A DNA stretch of 64,000 nucleotides from an uncultured virus (IMG/VR IMGVR_UViG_3300031851_003771) (lineage: Duplodnaviria > Heunggongvirae > Uroviricota > Caudoviricetes): IMG/VR virus record IMGVR_UViG_3300031851_003771. The stretch is one strand, 5' to 3'. The translations under genes and the position numbers were made by a program. This document shows positions 39,193-49,400 of this stretch, in pieces; the stretch's first letter is position 1; every line of letters starts with the position of its first letter. A model generated the notes under the pieces. That model saw only the letters and a program-made list of their open reading frames with translations. It was not told the origin of the DNA and ran no database searches.

Positions 39193-40419
39193 TTATTGTG
39201 TTAACCAACGTTTTAATATGTAACTTACAGTTGCAGAGTTACTGCTACCTCCGTTACTTACTCTTAATTCTAAGTTCCCAGAATTAATTGCTACAGAAAA
39301 AGTGACGTCGCTGGTCGGATCTGTTTCTGTTCTATCATCAACGAAATGTGCGTTTGTACCATCGCTTATAACTCGTAATTGTCCTACTGCGTATGCAGTA
39401 TTGTACTTGACACTATAGTCAACAAATAATGTATTATTGTCAGCTACAGCAAAACTCGACATAACCTGGTTGGACGTACTGTGAGCAATAGTTGATTTTA
39501 GTAAATGTGTATTGCTTACGTACTGGTTACTTTCAAATGTTGGTTTTGAATCTTGTGTGTATACTTTAATATTATTGGCCACTGTGGCTGTTGTGGATCC
39601 TTGAGAATTATTAAGGAACGCAGTCATTGTACTTGCCTGATCTGGAGAATCTAAATCAATTTTTAAATCGCCATCGATTGTAAGTTTCCTAACAGAGTGT
39701 GGTAAGTCTGTAATATTACCAAGTATGCTTAAACTGTCATTTTTATCTGCTGTGGAAATTTGATTCAATGCTTCCAAGGCCGTCTTGGCTTGTGTCTGTG
39801 TATAATCTGAATCTGTGTCAATAAAACCAGTACCTGTAGAATAGTCAACAAGGATCTGATTGTTTGCCTTTGTTTTATCTGATTCTAACAATGGCAATGC
39901 ACCTGCTATTGCAGTTCGAGTTGGTGTCTCTGTCCATTTTGTTACCACGATAACTGTGTTTGCTTCTGGTATGTTAGTGCTTGTAAAAGTAAAATCAAAA
40001 GTACTTGATCCAATGTTACCCATTGAATATGTACTTGGCTCTAATATTGTTGGAAAGTTATCTAGATCGTATTTTGTTACATAGAAATGATTTGTTGATG
40101 AAATAGTAGCACCAGTTGGTATACTTAATGTTCCACCTTTAAGTGCCAATGTGTTTGCGTTTACACCATCACCTAAAAAACTTTCTGTTCCTGCTAATTT
40201 AAAAACTGTTAATCTATTATCTAAATCACTCTGTACTGATGACTGTGCATTAACATAATTGTTGACCTGCACCATACGATTTTTATCGCTCTGGGATCCA
40301 CCGCCGATATATAATTCACGTGTGTCTAATGCAAATCCTAGCTCACCTTCTGCTAATGGCTTAGGTAGATCTGCTTTGTTTCCTCTACGATTTTTTAATC
40401 TTACATATGTTGTTGTCAT
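39193..40419 (-). CDS. Virion structural/fiber-like protein
   Basis: N-terminal RRG...LAEGELGFALDTRELYIG motif; Thr/Ser-rich beta content. Confidence 0.7.
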   Translation of the reverse strand: MTTTYVRLKNRRGNKADLPKPLAEGELGFALDTRELYIGGGSQSDKNRMVQVNNYVNAQSSVQSDLDNRLTVFKLAGTESFLGDGVNANTLALKGGTLSIPTGATISSTNHFYVTKYDLDNFPTILEPSTYSMGNIGSSTFDFTFTSTNIPEANTVIVVTKWTETPTRTAIAGALPLLESDKTKANNQILVDYSTGTGFIDTDSDYTQTQAKTALEALNQISTADKNDSLSILGNITDLPHSVRKLTIDGDLKIDLDSPDQASTMTAFLNNSQGSTTATVANNIKVYTQDSKPTFESNQYVSNTHLLKSTIAHSTSNQVMSSFAVADNNTLFVDYSVKYNTAYAVGQLRVISDGTNAHFVDDRTETDPTSDVTFSVAINSGNLELRVSNGGSSNSATVSYILKRWLTQ

Positions 40420-40440
40420 CTCGTGTACCTTTTAATATAA

Positions 40441-41118
40441 CTATTTAGCGATTTTATAATACTGCTCCACTTTGTCAAGCCACAAATTTGTATATTTTTT
40501 AAATTCGTCTTTTTCTACGAAAAATTGCTGGTATTCGCCGCTGTGTGACACTATAAGAATAAGTCCTGCTTGTATATCTGTACCATATACTTCATTGTGT
40601 GCTAGGGCATAGGCGGCACATTGCATAAAATAATCATCAACCCATTCACGTTTTTTAACTTTACGACTTGTTTTAAAATCACCTATTACAGGTTGTCCTT
40701 TGTAGGTACAAATCATATCGGCAGTTCCGGCGTATAAGTTTGGAAAACACAAACCTTCTTCCATTCCCCATACTTCATCTATATGGCACATACCTTTTTC
40801 AATAATGATATCGCTTAATTGTTTTGCTTGTTGATAAACTTGATTCGAGCCGGCTGGTCTGTCTACTCCTTCAATATAACATTCTAAATGTTTGTGGGTG
40901 ACTGTACCTAAATTTGCTGACTCTGTTACGATACGTTGTGCTTCTGTGGCACCAACTCTTTTCTTCCAGGCGTTAAGGGCCGTCATATCTTTTGTGGCAC
41001 TTAATATTGTTGTGACACTAGGAACAGGTTTGGTACCTTCGCCAACGTAATAACGTTTGCCTTCTATTGTTGTTCTCTTTAATTTTTTATATGGAATTTT
41101 GTCTACTAATAATTTCAC
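40441..41118 (-). CDS. PD-(D/E)XK exonuclease
   Basis: PSVTTIL, GTVTH, YAGTAD, IGDFKTS, QCAAYA. Confidence 0.85.
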   Translation of the reverse strand: MKLLVDKIPYKKLKRTTIEGKRYYVGEGTKPVPSVTTILSATKDMTALNAWKKRVGATEAQRIVTESANLGTVTHKHLECYIEGVDRPAGSNQVYQQAKQLSDIIIEKGMCHIDEVWGMEEGLCFPNLYAGTADMICTYKGQPVIGDFKTSRKVKKREWVDDYFMQCAAYALAHNEVYGTDIQAGLILIVSHSGEYQQFFVEKDEFKKYTNLWLDKVEQYYKIAK

Positions 41119-41441
41119 TTTAGATCTCTATCAATGGTTTTCTTTGCCATACCGGCAACTTTCTTTTCATTATCCATTGTAGCATCTTTACTGTACTGTG
41201 TCAAATTATTATCTGTATTTAGAAAAATTTTATCTGGGTTGATACTCTTTACTAATTTACTATCTTTAAAAAGGTCACCCAATGATTGTGCTGTTACACT
41301 GTAACTCATTTGGTTTAATTCTTTAACTAGGCTATCTGTTGATATTTCAGTTTCGCCATTTGCTAACGCACTCATCAGTAAGTTGTGAGCATCGGCTTTT
41401 AATTCACCGAAGTAATTCTCTGTGATTTCTTGGATACGCAT
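41115..41441 (-). CDS. Hypothetical protein (putative head-packaged)
   Basis: N-terminus MRIQEITE. Confidence 0.65.
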   Translation of the reverse strand: MRIQEITENYFGELKADAHNLLMSALANGETEISTDSLVKELNQMSYSVTAQSLGDLFKDSKLVKSINPDKIFLNTDNNLTQYSKDATMDNEKKVAGMAKKTIDRDLK

Positions 41442-42289
41442 TAGTCTTTTTTGGCTCGGCCAAGTGGCTCATCTAATGGGCCTGATGCTGAATCATCTCC
41501 TGATGCTGGTTCTTCAGCACCTGTGTCTATTTCTAAACTGTCGTCATTGTCTAGTTCAGCTTCTGGTTCGTCCGCTGTCATTGACGTTGCTGGTGTTTCA
41601 CCTTGCAATGTTAATACTTCGTTCTGTGCTGATTCTTTTGCCTGTCTAGCCATCTCTAACATCTGATCTATTGTTGCCATCATATTGTTATTAAAGTTAG
41701 CGGCCGCATCTGCACCAAATTCATTTGTCATTTTATCTACTAAAGCACCTAGTGTTTCGTTTTGCATTTTACCTAAGTCTTCAATCATTGACTGAAACTC
41801 ATCTACAAGTTGTTGACTTGCTAATACTGTTTCTGCTTTTTCTAAATCTTGATCTTCAGTAACTTGTTCAGCTGACTCTTCTTTTTTGTCACCTTGCTTT
41901 TTAGCAATAGCATCTTGTAAACCTTGCGGTAATTTTTTCTGTGCCGCTGTTAATTCTTCATTAACATCTCCTGATATAGGTGATGCATCACCTGTTGCGT
42001 TATTCTGAGATTGCATTTTAGAAACGTCTTCATCTGAAACTTGACCTATCATCAACACGATTGCTTCACTTAAAAGAATATTTTTAGTGTATTCTGGATT
42101 TTCTAAGTAACTGTTAAAAGGAAGACTTTGCTTTAATGCTTCACGTTGTGCATCTAGATTTGCTTTAACTGTATAAAGTTTTTCAAGTTCAACTTGATCG
42201 TATACTTTAAAGCCATAAGTCTCTTCTAACCAGTTATTAATTCTGGACATTTTAGTTTCATACGTGGATTGTAGATCATTTAATTTCAT
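41441..42289 (-). CDS. Acidic hypothetical protein, possible prohead core component
   Basis: TATAAATA upstream; helical and acidic. Confidence 0.65.
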   Translation of the reverse strand: MKLNDLQSTYETKMSRINNWLEETYGFKVYDQVELEKLYTVKANLDAQREALKQSLPFNSYLENPEYTKNILLSEAIVLMIGQVSDEDVSKMQSQNNATGDASPISGDVNEELTAAQKKLPQGLQDAIAKKQGDKKEESAEQVTEDQDLEKAETVLASQQLVDEFQSMIEDLGKMQNETLGALVDKMTNEFGADAAANFNNNMMATIDQMLEMARQAKESAQNEVLTLQGETPATSMTADEPEAELDNDDSLEIDTGAEEPASGDDSASGPLDEPLGRAKKD

Positions 42290-42309
42290 AACAATATTAT
42301 TTATACCTT

Positions 42310-43002
42310 TTAGCTGTTAATCTTGTGTTTGTATTGAGCATTAACTAATTGTTTAACTATTAAAAGTTGGTTTTTTAACCCTGTAATAATAGGTTGTAGT
42401 GCTTGTTGCTCGAGTTTAGTGGTGTCTTTGCTATCATATTTAGACTGATTTTGCTTAATTGAGTCTTGTAATTGTTGATACTGTAAGTTATTTTTTAGCA
42501 ATTCTTGGTTCTCTTTTGAATGTTTCTTTAACTTATTAATTGTATTAATTGTCAATAAGAAAGCTATTTCATAAAGTGAAATGCCATAATATACGTCCGA
42601 TCCGGTTCCTAAGTCTACAATATCGTACATCTTAGATCTTGAATTCAAAGGATAGATTGTCTTGATCAAATAATCACCAAGTTGTACACCATCATCTGTT
42701 TTTTTGGTATTGATTGCAATTTTAAAAGATTCTTCATTAAGACTTTTGACTACTGCTCTCTCTACTATTGAATCAATTTTATGTCTACAAGACTGTATAT
42801 GATCATAGGTTTGTTTAGTTTGATTTTTAATCTTTTCAAATCTATGAATTTCATCTTGAATATGATTAACATAGCTCTGAGGTATGCCATCATACTTTAG
42901 TAACACACTTATAAATCTAAAGTGTTCTAAAGCCATTTTTGCTGTAGCATAATTTGGATATGCTCTATCTTGTTTAGTCGATATATCGTTTTTTATTTTC
43001 AT
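42310..43002 (-). CDS. Hypothetical protein
   Basis: Long ORF in operon. Confidence 0.65.
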   Translation of the reverse strand: MKIKNDISTKQDRAYPNYATAKMALEHFRFISVLLKYDGIPQSYVNHIQDEIHRFEKIKNQTKQTYDHIQSCRHKIDSIVERAVVKSLNEESFKIAINTKKTDDGVQLGDYLIKTIYPLNSRSKMYDIVDLGTGSDVYYGISLYEIAFLLTINTINKLKKHSKENQELLKNNLQYQQLQDSIKQNQSKYDSKDTTKLEQQALQPIITGLKNQLLIVKQLVNAQYKHKINS

Positions 43003-43210
43003 CTAAATCTAATTTCTGCTTTATTTGTTTTATATTACTTGATCTTACGCTAGAAAGCAAGTTTAAATAATCCCCTAATGTCATTTTTATTAGTTTATCT
43101 AAAACTTCTTTTTCACTTATGTTGACCATAGCACTAATTGTCTTGCTTAAAGCCTCTTTTTTATCGAGATCTTCTGCAAGTTTTTGCATATTTTTATGTA
43201 ATTCAGACAT
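42974..43210 (-). CDS. Hypothetical protein
   Basis: ORF in operon. Confidence 0.55.
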   Translation of the reverse strand: MSELHKNMQKLAEDLDKKEALSKTISAMVNISEKEVLDKLIKMTLGDYLNLLSSVRSSNIKQIKQKLDLDENKKRYID

Positions 43211-43212
43211 TT

Positions 43213-43497
43213 TTATCTTCTCAACGATTTGTTCAATGATGCAACTCTACGAGATGCAGGATTAAACTTTTTGGTAAATTTTATTTTTCTTTGTAGCCTA
43301 GCACCCATTCTAGCTTTCATCTTTTTCATAATCATACGTTTTTTGATATCTAATGGGGCACTACATACAGCTGGGTTAGAAACAATACGACCTTTTTTAC
43401 GACCAAAACTACAACGATACTTTTTAACGACACTTTTGCCTTTACGACCAAAGATCATCCTAGTTTCATTAGTTGGTAAAATTTCAGCTATTATCAT
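43213..43497 (-). CDS. Small basic protein, paralog of 43499-43810
   Basis: FGRKG..V.KKYRC..GRKKGRIV..PAVCSAP. Confidence 0.7.
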   Translation of the reverse strand: MIIAEILPTNETRMIFGRKGKSVVKKYRCSFGRKKGRIVSNPAVCSAPLDIKKRMIMKKMKARMGARLQRKIKFTKKFNPASRRVASLNKSLRR

Positions 43498-43498
43498 A

Positions 43499-43810
43499 TT
43501 ATCGTTTCTTTAACTTCACTGGACTAGATCTACGTCTAGATTTAACTTGTTTGTTTAAATTCTTAACTATTTTTGCAGTTGGATTATACTTTTTAGTATA
43601 AGTTGAACGTTTGGCTTGTATTCCTTTTTGCTTTCTACGAGTATTCTTCATTGTTGTTCTTTTTTGTATGTTGATAGGAGCTGAACAAGTCGCCGGATCC
43701 GCCACAATACGTCCTTTTCTAGGACCAGACTGACATCTATATCTTCTTTTGACAGTATTTCCATACTTGCCAAATATCTGTGGTGTTCCTGTTACTTCAA
43801 CTATCTTCAT
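43499..43810 (-). CDS. Small basic protein, paralog of 43213-43497
   Basis: FGKYG..V.RRYRC..GPRKGRIV..PATCSAP; likely start MKIVEV. Confidence 0.7.
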   Translation of the reverse strand: MKIVEVTGTPQIFGKYGNTVKRRYRCQSGPRKGRIVADPATCSAPINIQKRTTMKNTRRKQKGIQAKRSTYTKKYNPTAKIVKNLNKQVKSRRRSSPVKLKKR

Positions 43811-43811
43811 A

Positions 43812-44096
43812 TTAAAATATCTTTGCTCCAAATACTGTTGTTAATAAGATCGTAAGCATTGTAAAAAACATAGTACCTGCTGTCCACATAATAATTTTTT
43901 CAATTTTAGTGAAGCCTTTTTCCATTTTAGCTTCAAGTTTTTCCATATGTGCTTCGACTCTATCAAATCTAGAGTTAATCTCATCGTGTCTTTGTCGTGA
44001 AATAGCTACGTGTACTTCGAGGCTATTAAATTCTATTTCAGAAGCTTTATCTCCTGCTATTTGAACCTGTTTTAATGTTTCTGGTTTTTTATCCAT
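43812..44096 (-). CDS. Coiled-coil protein with C-terminal TM
   Basis: Heptad region then hydrophobic tail. Confidence 0.65.
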   Translation of the reverse strand: MDKKPETLKQVQIAGDKASEIEFNSLEVHVAISRQRHDEINSRFDRVEAHMEKLEAKMEKGFTKIEKIIMWTAGTMFFTMLTILLTTVFGAKIF

Positions 44097-44108
44097 CTTA
44101 TGCTCCGT

Positions 44109-44474
44109 TTATATCTTAGATATCCAAGTATTAGTATTTACTCCTTCTGTAATTAAAACATCACCAAAGAGAATAAGATTATTGAATCTTTTAGTTAATA
44201 CTCCTACATTATCGTCTTTAAACTTAAACAAGTCCGACTGTTCTACACCAAATTTAAACTGCCACGTGGATTTACCATCAAACGATGGAGTAGTAAAGAA
44301 CAGTATTTTGCCATAAACACCAATTAGTTGTGTTAAATGATCAAAGTCTTTTTCGCTATCTGTTAATAGATCCGGTGGATTGTGTGTTAACTTGATCTTT
44401 GTTTCAAATTTATATAATTCTAACGTGTTTGCAATTTTAACGTAAGAATTTTTAGCACTATTATAAGAATACAT
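44109..44474 (-). CDS. Hypothetical protein
   Basis: ORF in operon. Confidence 0.6.
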   Translation of the reverse strand: MYSYNSAKNSYVKIANTLELYKFETKIKLTHNPPDLLTDSEKDFDHLTQLIGVYGKILFFTTPSFDGKSTWQFKFGVEQSDLFKFKDDNVGVLTKRFNNLILFGDVLITEGVNTNTWISKI

Positions 44475-46366
44475 TACTTGGCTCCTACTGCAACATTGCT
44501 AGGCAATGATGACTGTGCTGTAATACGATTGTTTAGTTGTCTTTCTTTATTCATACGTTGAAGTATGCTATACAGTTCGCTCTTTGGTACATTACTTCTA
44601 ATATATTGTTCTATATTAATCAATAAAGTATATCTTTCTTTTTGTTTAAGTCTAGAATAGTCACTAATCATTCTACGTGACTTCTTTAGAACTGAATCAC
44701 TTATCTTTAACTCACGTTCCATTCTCATCAAGATACTACCTAAGTTTGGTAGGCTGTCTTGTTTGATTAACTTTAAAAGACTCTTGATTGATAAAACGTT
44801 TGACTGCAATCTTTCAACATACTTGTCGCTCGAATCGTCATTGCTAAATTGTATAATTGATCCTTTTCCAAATATACTATGAAGTAACAAATACAGATCA
44901 GTTCCATTTGATCTAAAGAAATCAAAATTGTTATAACTTAATGTTCTAGATGAATAGTCCTGTGCCATTTTTTGATACTTGTACTCATTGTGCATCAGTA
45001 TCAAACTTAACATATAACCATAAACTAGATTACCAATTTCTGGTGCTGTAAATTTTCCTAGTTCTTGCCTAGACCTAAAAGCTCTGCTTTCGGTGATGTC
45101 ATTAATGAATGAATATTCTAATGATTCCTTCGCAAAATTCTTTTTGCTAAAATCTAATCTGTCAATGATCTTAACTGCATTGCCAACGTGGTCAACTGCA
45201 ACAAAACCTTCTTGATCACTAACAACATACTCATCACCTTGTAATTCAAACGCATCTATTTGTTTGATATTTTTAAGCTTCTGATACAGAGTATTTTTAA
45301 TTGCTGTAAGTTTTAACCAGGCACTATACCAGGCTTCAATATTATTTTTATTTGCAAAATAAGTTTTGTTCCATTGTTCCAATGCAAGTAATTTTCTTTG
45401 TCCTGCAGGACCATCTCTTCCTGTTTTTAAATTAGATATTTCTTTTTCAATTCTGTTTTCATAATCTTTTGCAAAGTTATTAAAGAACGCATTAGGATCT
45501 TGCGTGATTGCACCTGCTCTAACCATATTGTTATGATTGGCGTGTACTTTTTGTTTAAAGTCTTTTCCAAGTTCTGTTGCTTCTAACCAATCAAAAATAT
45601 TTCCTGATTTACCAATATAACTTTCTGCATCTTGTATGGCTTTCTGCACCGCTTGATATTCACCTGTAGTAAGATTAACTATACCTGTAAAATCTTTGAT
45701 GTATGCATCGTCATACCAAACACTAGATACTTTGTTGAGCTTCGACAGATCAACATTGAAACTTGCAGACATTTCTTCTAAACTGTTTCCTGAATAACTT
45801 GTATGAAAAACTATTCCAAGATCTGCTTGTTGTATCTCTTTGGCGATGTTACTTCCACTAGGTAATGCATATGTAAGTGTGTTTGGTTTAAAAGCAATAT
45901 AAGGTTCACCTTTATAAGAGATTGACTTTAAATCGCTTCTTGTAAAAAGTAAGTCTCCTTGCAAGACACCTTGTATTCCTAATTTAGATAATTCAGTAAA
46001 AGCAACACTTAACTTCTTTCGTAGTCCACTTTTATCCTGAGTTTCACCTTTTTGTATAGTATCTGGATGATTGTTATTAATGTCATCTAAACTTTTATTA
46101 AGTTTAGCGCCTTTGTTAAACACTGCTTTTGTTCCAACAAAGAACTTACCATCACTAGGATCTATTCCACAAAATATTGCAGGTGATCCATCCCATTTGA
46201 TAGTGACGTTGAATTTCTTTGCACTGCTGGATTTGGCTAACTCGGTTAGATTCTTTAAAAAGTTAATGGCTTTGATTGCGCCTGACTTACCTTGGAACAA
46301 TGCTAAATCTTCAAGATGTGTAAGATGAAGATTTGTATTTTCAGTTATTATATCATTAGCTCTCAT
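44474..46366 (-). CDS. Hypothetical protein with ligase-type nucleotidyltransferase-like motifs
   Basis: HLEDL, KWDG, QGDLLF, EGFV, VKIIDR. Confidence 0.65.
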   Translation of the reverse strand: MRANDIITENTNLHLTHLEDLALFQGKSGAIKAINFLKNLTELAKSSSAKKFNVTIKWDGSPAIFCGIDPSDGKFFVGTKAVFNKGAKLNKSLDDINNNHPDTIQKGETQDKSGLRKKLSVAFTELSKLGIQGVLQGDLLFTRSDLKSISYKGEPYIAFKPNTLTYALPSGSNIAKEIQQADLGIVFHTSYSGNSLEEMSASFNVDLSKLNKVSSVWYDDAYIKDFTGIVNLTTGEYQAVQKAIQDAESYIGKSGNIFDWLEATELGKDFKQKVHANHNNMVRAGAITQDPNAFFNNFAKDYENRIEKEISNLKTGRDGPAGQRKLLALEQWNKTYFANKNNIEAWYSAWLKLTAIKNTLYQKLKNIKQIDAFELQGDEYVVSDQEGFVAVDHVGNAVKIIDRLDFSKKNFAKESLEYSFINDITESRAFRSRQELGKFTAPEIGNLVYGYMLSLILMHNEYKYQKMAQDYSSRTLSYNNFDFFRSNGTDLYLLLHSIFGKGSIIQFSNDDSSDKYVERLQSNVLSIKSLLKLIKQDSLPNLGSILMRMERELKISDSVLKKSRRMISDYSRLKQKERYTLLINIEQYIRSNVPKSELYSILQRMNKERQLNNRITAQSSLPSNVAVGAK

Positions 46367-46610
46367 CAGATTCGTTCAACTTTTTTATTCCACGTTCAAA
46401 CTTTTTTGGATCTTGAGTTTTAATGCTGTTGACAAATCTTTTGCACAGGTCTTCAGCCGTGCTTTCATCGTATGATTCATAGATCATTCTTGTTAAATTA
46501 ATTGCAGATGTGATTACGTGATTAGCTCTAGACTCAACAATATTATTTTTGTCATAACTAGGTACTACTCTGCTGATTTCTTCCAATATAGAACGTGTAT
46601 TTTTCTTCAT
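46356..46610 (-). CDS. Conserved hypothetical protein
   Basis: SD GAGG, ATAAATA upstream. Confidence 0.7.
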   Translation of the reverse strand: MKKNTRSILEEISRVVPSYDKNNIVESRANHVITSAINLTRMIYESYDESTAEDLCKRFVNSIKTQDPKKFERGIKKLNESDES

Positions 46611-46666
46611 ATCCTTGCCTCATTTGTATTTATGTAACAAATACGTAAATTAATACCCATTTTACT

Positions 46667-48073
46667 TTAATCATCAAAGGATTGACGCTGTGATTTTAAT
46701 AAATCACGAAGATCTTTAGCAACTTCAGTCTTTTCTGCTACTACACTTGCTGGACTTTTATCTGTAACTGTAGAAGTTCTTTTAGTTAATGTCTGTGCAA
46801 TTGACTCTCCGGAACTTGGCAATACCATTGATCCTTCGTCATCATCATCAAGATCAGTAATTCTCAATCTGTCAATATCAAATGCTAAATCAATTTTAGA
46901 ACCAACACCGCCGGAACTTCTTGTTTTAATTAACTGTATTTGATATCTTCCACGTTCTCTCATTGCTCTACTTGTAAATATACCAATCAAGTTGTCAGCA
47001 GTATTAATCTTACTGATACCACCTGCAATATGACTTTGATCATATTCTACTTCTTCAATCGCACCTCTGTTAAGTTGCGATGCTGTCACTAGCACTACTT
47101 GTTGTTCTACTGCAAAATTTCTTAACTCTTCAGAAACAAATTTGTCTTTAATAAACATATCTGCTGGAGATATTTTTTTATTGATCGGAAACATAAGATC
47201 TAAATAGTCAACTAACACCACATCAGGAGCAACTTTTCTTTGTATGGTATACTCTTTGATATAACTTCTAATGTCATTAGTATTGGATCCTGAAGGCATA
47301 TACTTAATTTGAAAGTTTCCTTCAAGTTTTTGTTTTTTCATTCTTACGTCTAATTCAACTTTGTCAATGTTTTTAAATATTTCATTAGTCGGCACACCTG
47401 TTGTCATTGAGTCAATTCTCATTGCACTCAATTCTTCACTTAATTCAAATGTAAAGTATACAACATTGAGTCCTTGCTCTACCCAATTAATTGCAAGATT
47501 CTGTAAGAATAAACTTTTACCAGCACCCGAACTTCCAGCAAATATATTAAGCTCTCCTCTATTCATACCTCCATAGAGTTTTCTATCTAGTGTTTTCCAA
47601 CCTGTACTTATTGTACCGTTGTTGTCTTTCAATCTCATTAACCTAGCCCTAGGATCTTCAAAATAATCAATACCTAGATCTTTTGTCAACCCAATACGAA
47701 CCGCCGCTTTAATCATTTCTTCAACAGGACCATATTCAGACTTCTCTAGTAAGTCAGCACTTTCAATAATTGCTTTCTCAAGTGCCTTGTGTCTACAAAA
47801 AGTTTCAAACTCATCTAAGAACCAATCTCTTTGTGGTTCATCTAAATCAGGAACCATCTTTAACTCAAGTTCAGTCTTTGCTTTGACTTGATCAGCAGTA
47901 GGTAGTGTTTTGTATTTCTCTGCGTGTTCTTGAAACATCTCTACAGTGTCATAGTATTTCTTGCTAAAATAATTAGGACTCACAATATTTCTAGTACGTA
48001 CAAACAGCTCTGGGTCTGTTATCATAAACTCTAGAAATAACTTTTGTAATTCATCAGTATATAGTGTTGCCAT
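46667..48073 (-). CDS. Replicative DnaB-like helicase (T4 gp41-like)
   Basis: AGSSGAGKS, FELSE, VDYLDL, TASQLNR. Confidence 0.93.
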   Translation of the reverse strand: MATLYTDELQKLFLEFMITDPELFVRTRNIVSPNYFSKKYYDTVEMFQEHAEKYKTLPTADQVKAKTELELKMVPDLDEPQRDWFLDEFETFCRHKALEKAIIESADLLEKSEYGPVEEMIKAAVRIGLTKDLGIDYFEDPRARLMRLKDNNGTISTGWKTLDRKLYGGMNRGELNIFAGSSGAGKSLFLQNLAINWVEQGLNVVYFTFELSEELSAMRIDSMTTGVPTNEIFKNIDKVELDVRMKKQKLEGNFQIKYMPSGSNTNDIRSYIKEYTIQRKVAPDVVLVDYLDLMFPINKKISPADMFIKDKFVSEELRNFAVEQQVVLVTASQLNRGAIEEVEYDQSHIAGGISKINTADNLIGIFTSRAMRERGRYQIQLIKTRSSGGVGSKIDLAFDIDRLRITDLDDDDEGSMVLPSSGESIAQTLTKRTSTVTDKSPASVVAEKTEVAKDLRDLLKSQRQSFDD

Positions 48074-48111
48074 ATCTTTATTATAACCTCTTGTTTGTTA
48101 TTTTGCAAGTA

Positions 48112-48780
48112 CTAATCATTAATAGTTTCTATTAATGGAAATATTTTTGCAATCACTACCGCACATTTATGGGCAATTTCCATATGTTCTTTTTGTGTTC
48201 CATTTGCTCCACGCAAATCTATATAATGAACCCAACTGCGAAGTGTGCCATTCATATACAACCTTGTTTTAGTAAGACCTTCTGGTAATACTTTACGAGC
48301 TTGTTCTTTGGCTATTCCTTTCTTGATTGCCCAATCGTATTCTTTTTTGCAGAGTACTGCAATACGTCTTTGAGCCCAATACCATTCTTGCTGGAGTTTA
48401 GCATCATCAGTTTCAATCGAGTTTTGTCTATTTTTAGTGTCTTGTAATCTAGCTTCACTGTACTCAAACAATTCTCCTTGATCTTCTGGATTAGCATATC
48501 GTTGGCTAAATTCTTGGAAACTAAAACTCCTATGACGAACAATCTGATGTGCAATGTCTCTTGTAGTATCAATTTCTAAACAAGCACTAACCATTTCAAG
48601 TGGTGACCAGTGTTGATGCTTAATTAGATACTTTATAAGTTTTTCATTAGTTTCTTGATTCATTTGATTGCTAGGATTACTTACTCTAGCACAAAAGGCA
48701 ATAAGGTCTTGAACATCATTTAAATCTTCTTTGAACTCTGCCGTTGCTGTTGAATAACTTACTAAATTAACTGATGACAA
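48112..48780 (-). CDS. thyX: Flavin-dependent thymidylate synthase
   Basis: HWSPLE, RHRSFSFQEFSQRY, KEQARKVLP, TQKEH. Confidence 0.95.
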   Translation of the reverse strand: MSSVNLVSYSTATAEFKEDLNDVQDLIAFCARVSNPSNQMNQETNEKLIKYLIKHQHWSPLEMVSACLEIDTTRDIAHQIVRHRSFSFQEFSQRYANPEDQGELFEYSEARLQDTKNRQNSIETDDAKLQQEWYWAQRRIAVLCKKEYDWAIKKGIAKEQARKVLPEGLTKTRLYMNGTLRSWVHYIDLRGANGTQKEHMEIAHKCAVVIAKIFPLIETIND

Positions 48781-48794
48781 TATAGTTTCTCCTT

Positions 48795-49400
48795 TTAATA
48801 TGTCGCTACAATTTTATCTGCAATACCATACTTGACTGCTTCCTTGGCACTTAACCATTTATCTTCTGGTGGTAATAAGATTTCTCTAATTTTCTTTTCG
48901 CTTAAACCTGTACATTTTTTATAATGCTCAATCATACGTTCTGTGCTTAATTCAAATTCACGTACTCTTGCAAATAGTTCGTGTTCCTTGCCCGCAGATC
49001 CCCAACTGTATTGGTGTGATAAAATACTTGTATTTGGTGTTAATACCCTACGACCTTTTGTACCACTCATAAATGTTAGCAATCCACAACTTGCGATCAT
49101 ACCAAGTCCTACTGTTTTTACAGGAATAGCAGATCCTTTCATTGTATCAATTAATGCAAAAGCACTGTGTACTTCTCCACCTGGTGAATTAATAACTAAC
49201 GTAATTTCTTTTGGTCTTTCATTTTGTGGTAGTAAGTTTTTTTCAATGATTGTGCTAATTACAGGTTTTGTAGTTGTACTGTCAAAATGATCACTAAAAT
49301 AAATTATACCTGATTCATACATCCGTTGTCCTGGTTGCATAGGTGGCTTATTGGGTTGACTCTGTTGTGTTGTTTTTCTTTTATTTTTATCAATCTGCAT
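48795..49400 (-). CDS. Second, divergent ClpP-family protease
   Basis: INSPGG, GMIASCG, ILSHQ, EAVKYGIAD. Confidence 0.85.
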   Translation of the reverse strand: MQIDKNKRKTTQQSQPNKPPMQPGQRMYESGIIYFSDHFDSTTTKPVISTIIEKNLLPQNERPKEITLVINSPGGEVHSAFALIDTMKGSAIPVKTVGLGMIASCGLLTFMSGTKGRRVLTPNTSILSHQYSWGSAGKEHELFARVREFELSTERMIEHYKKCTGLSEKKIREILLPPEDKWLSAKEAVKYGIADKIVATY

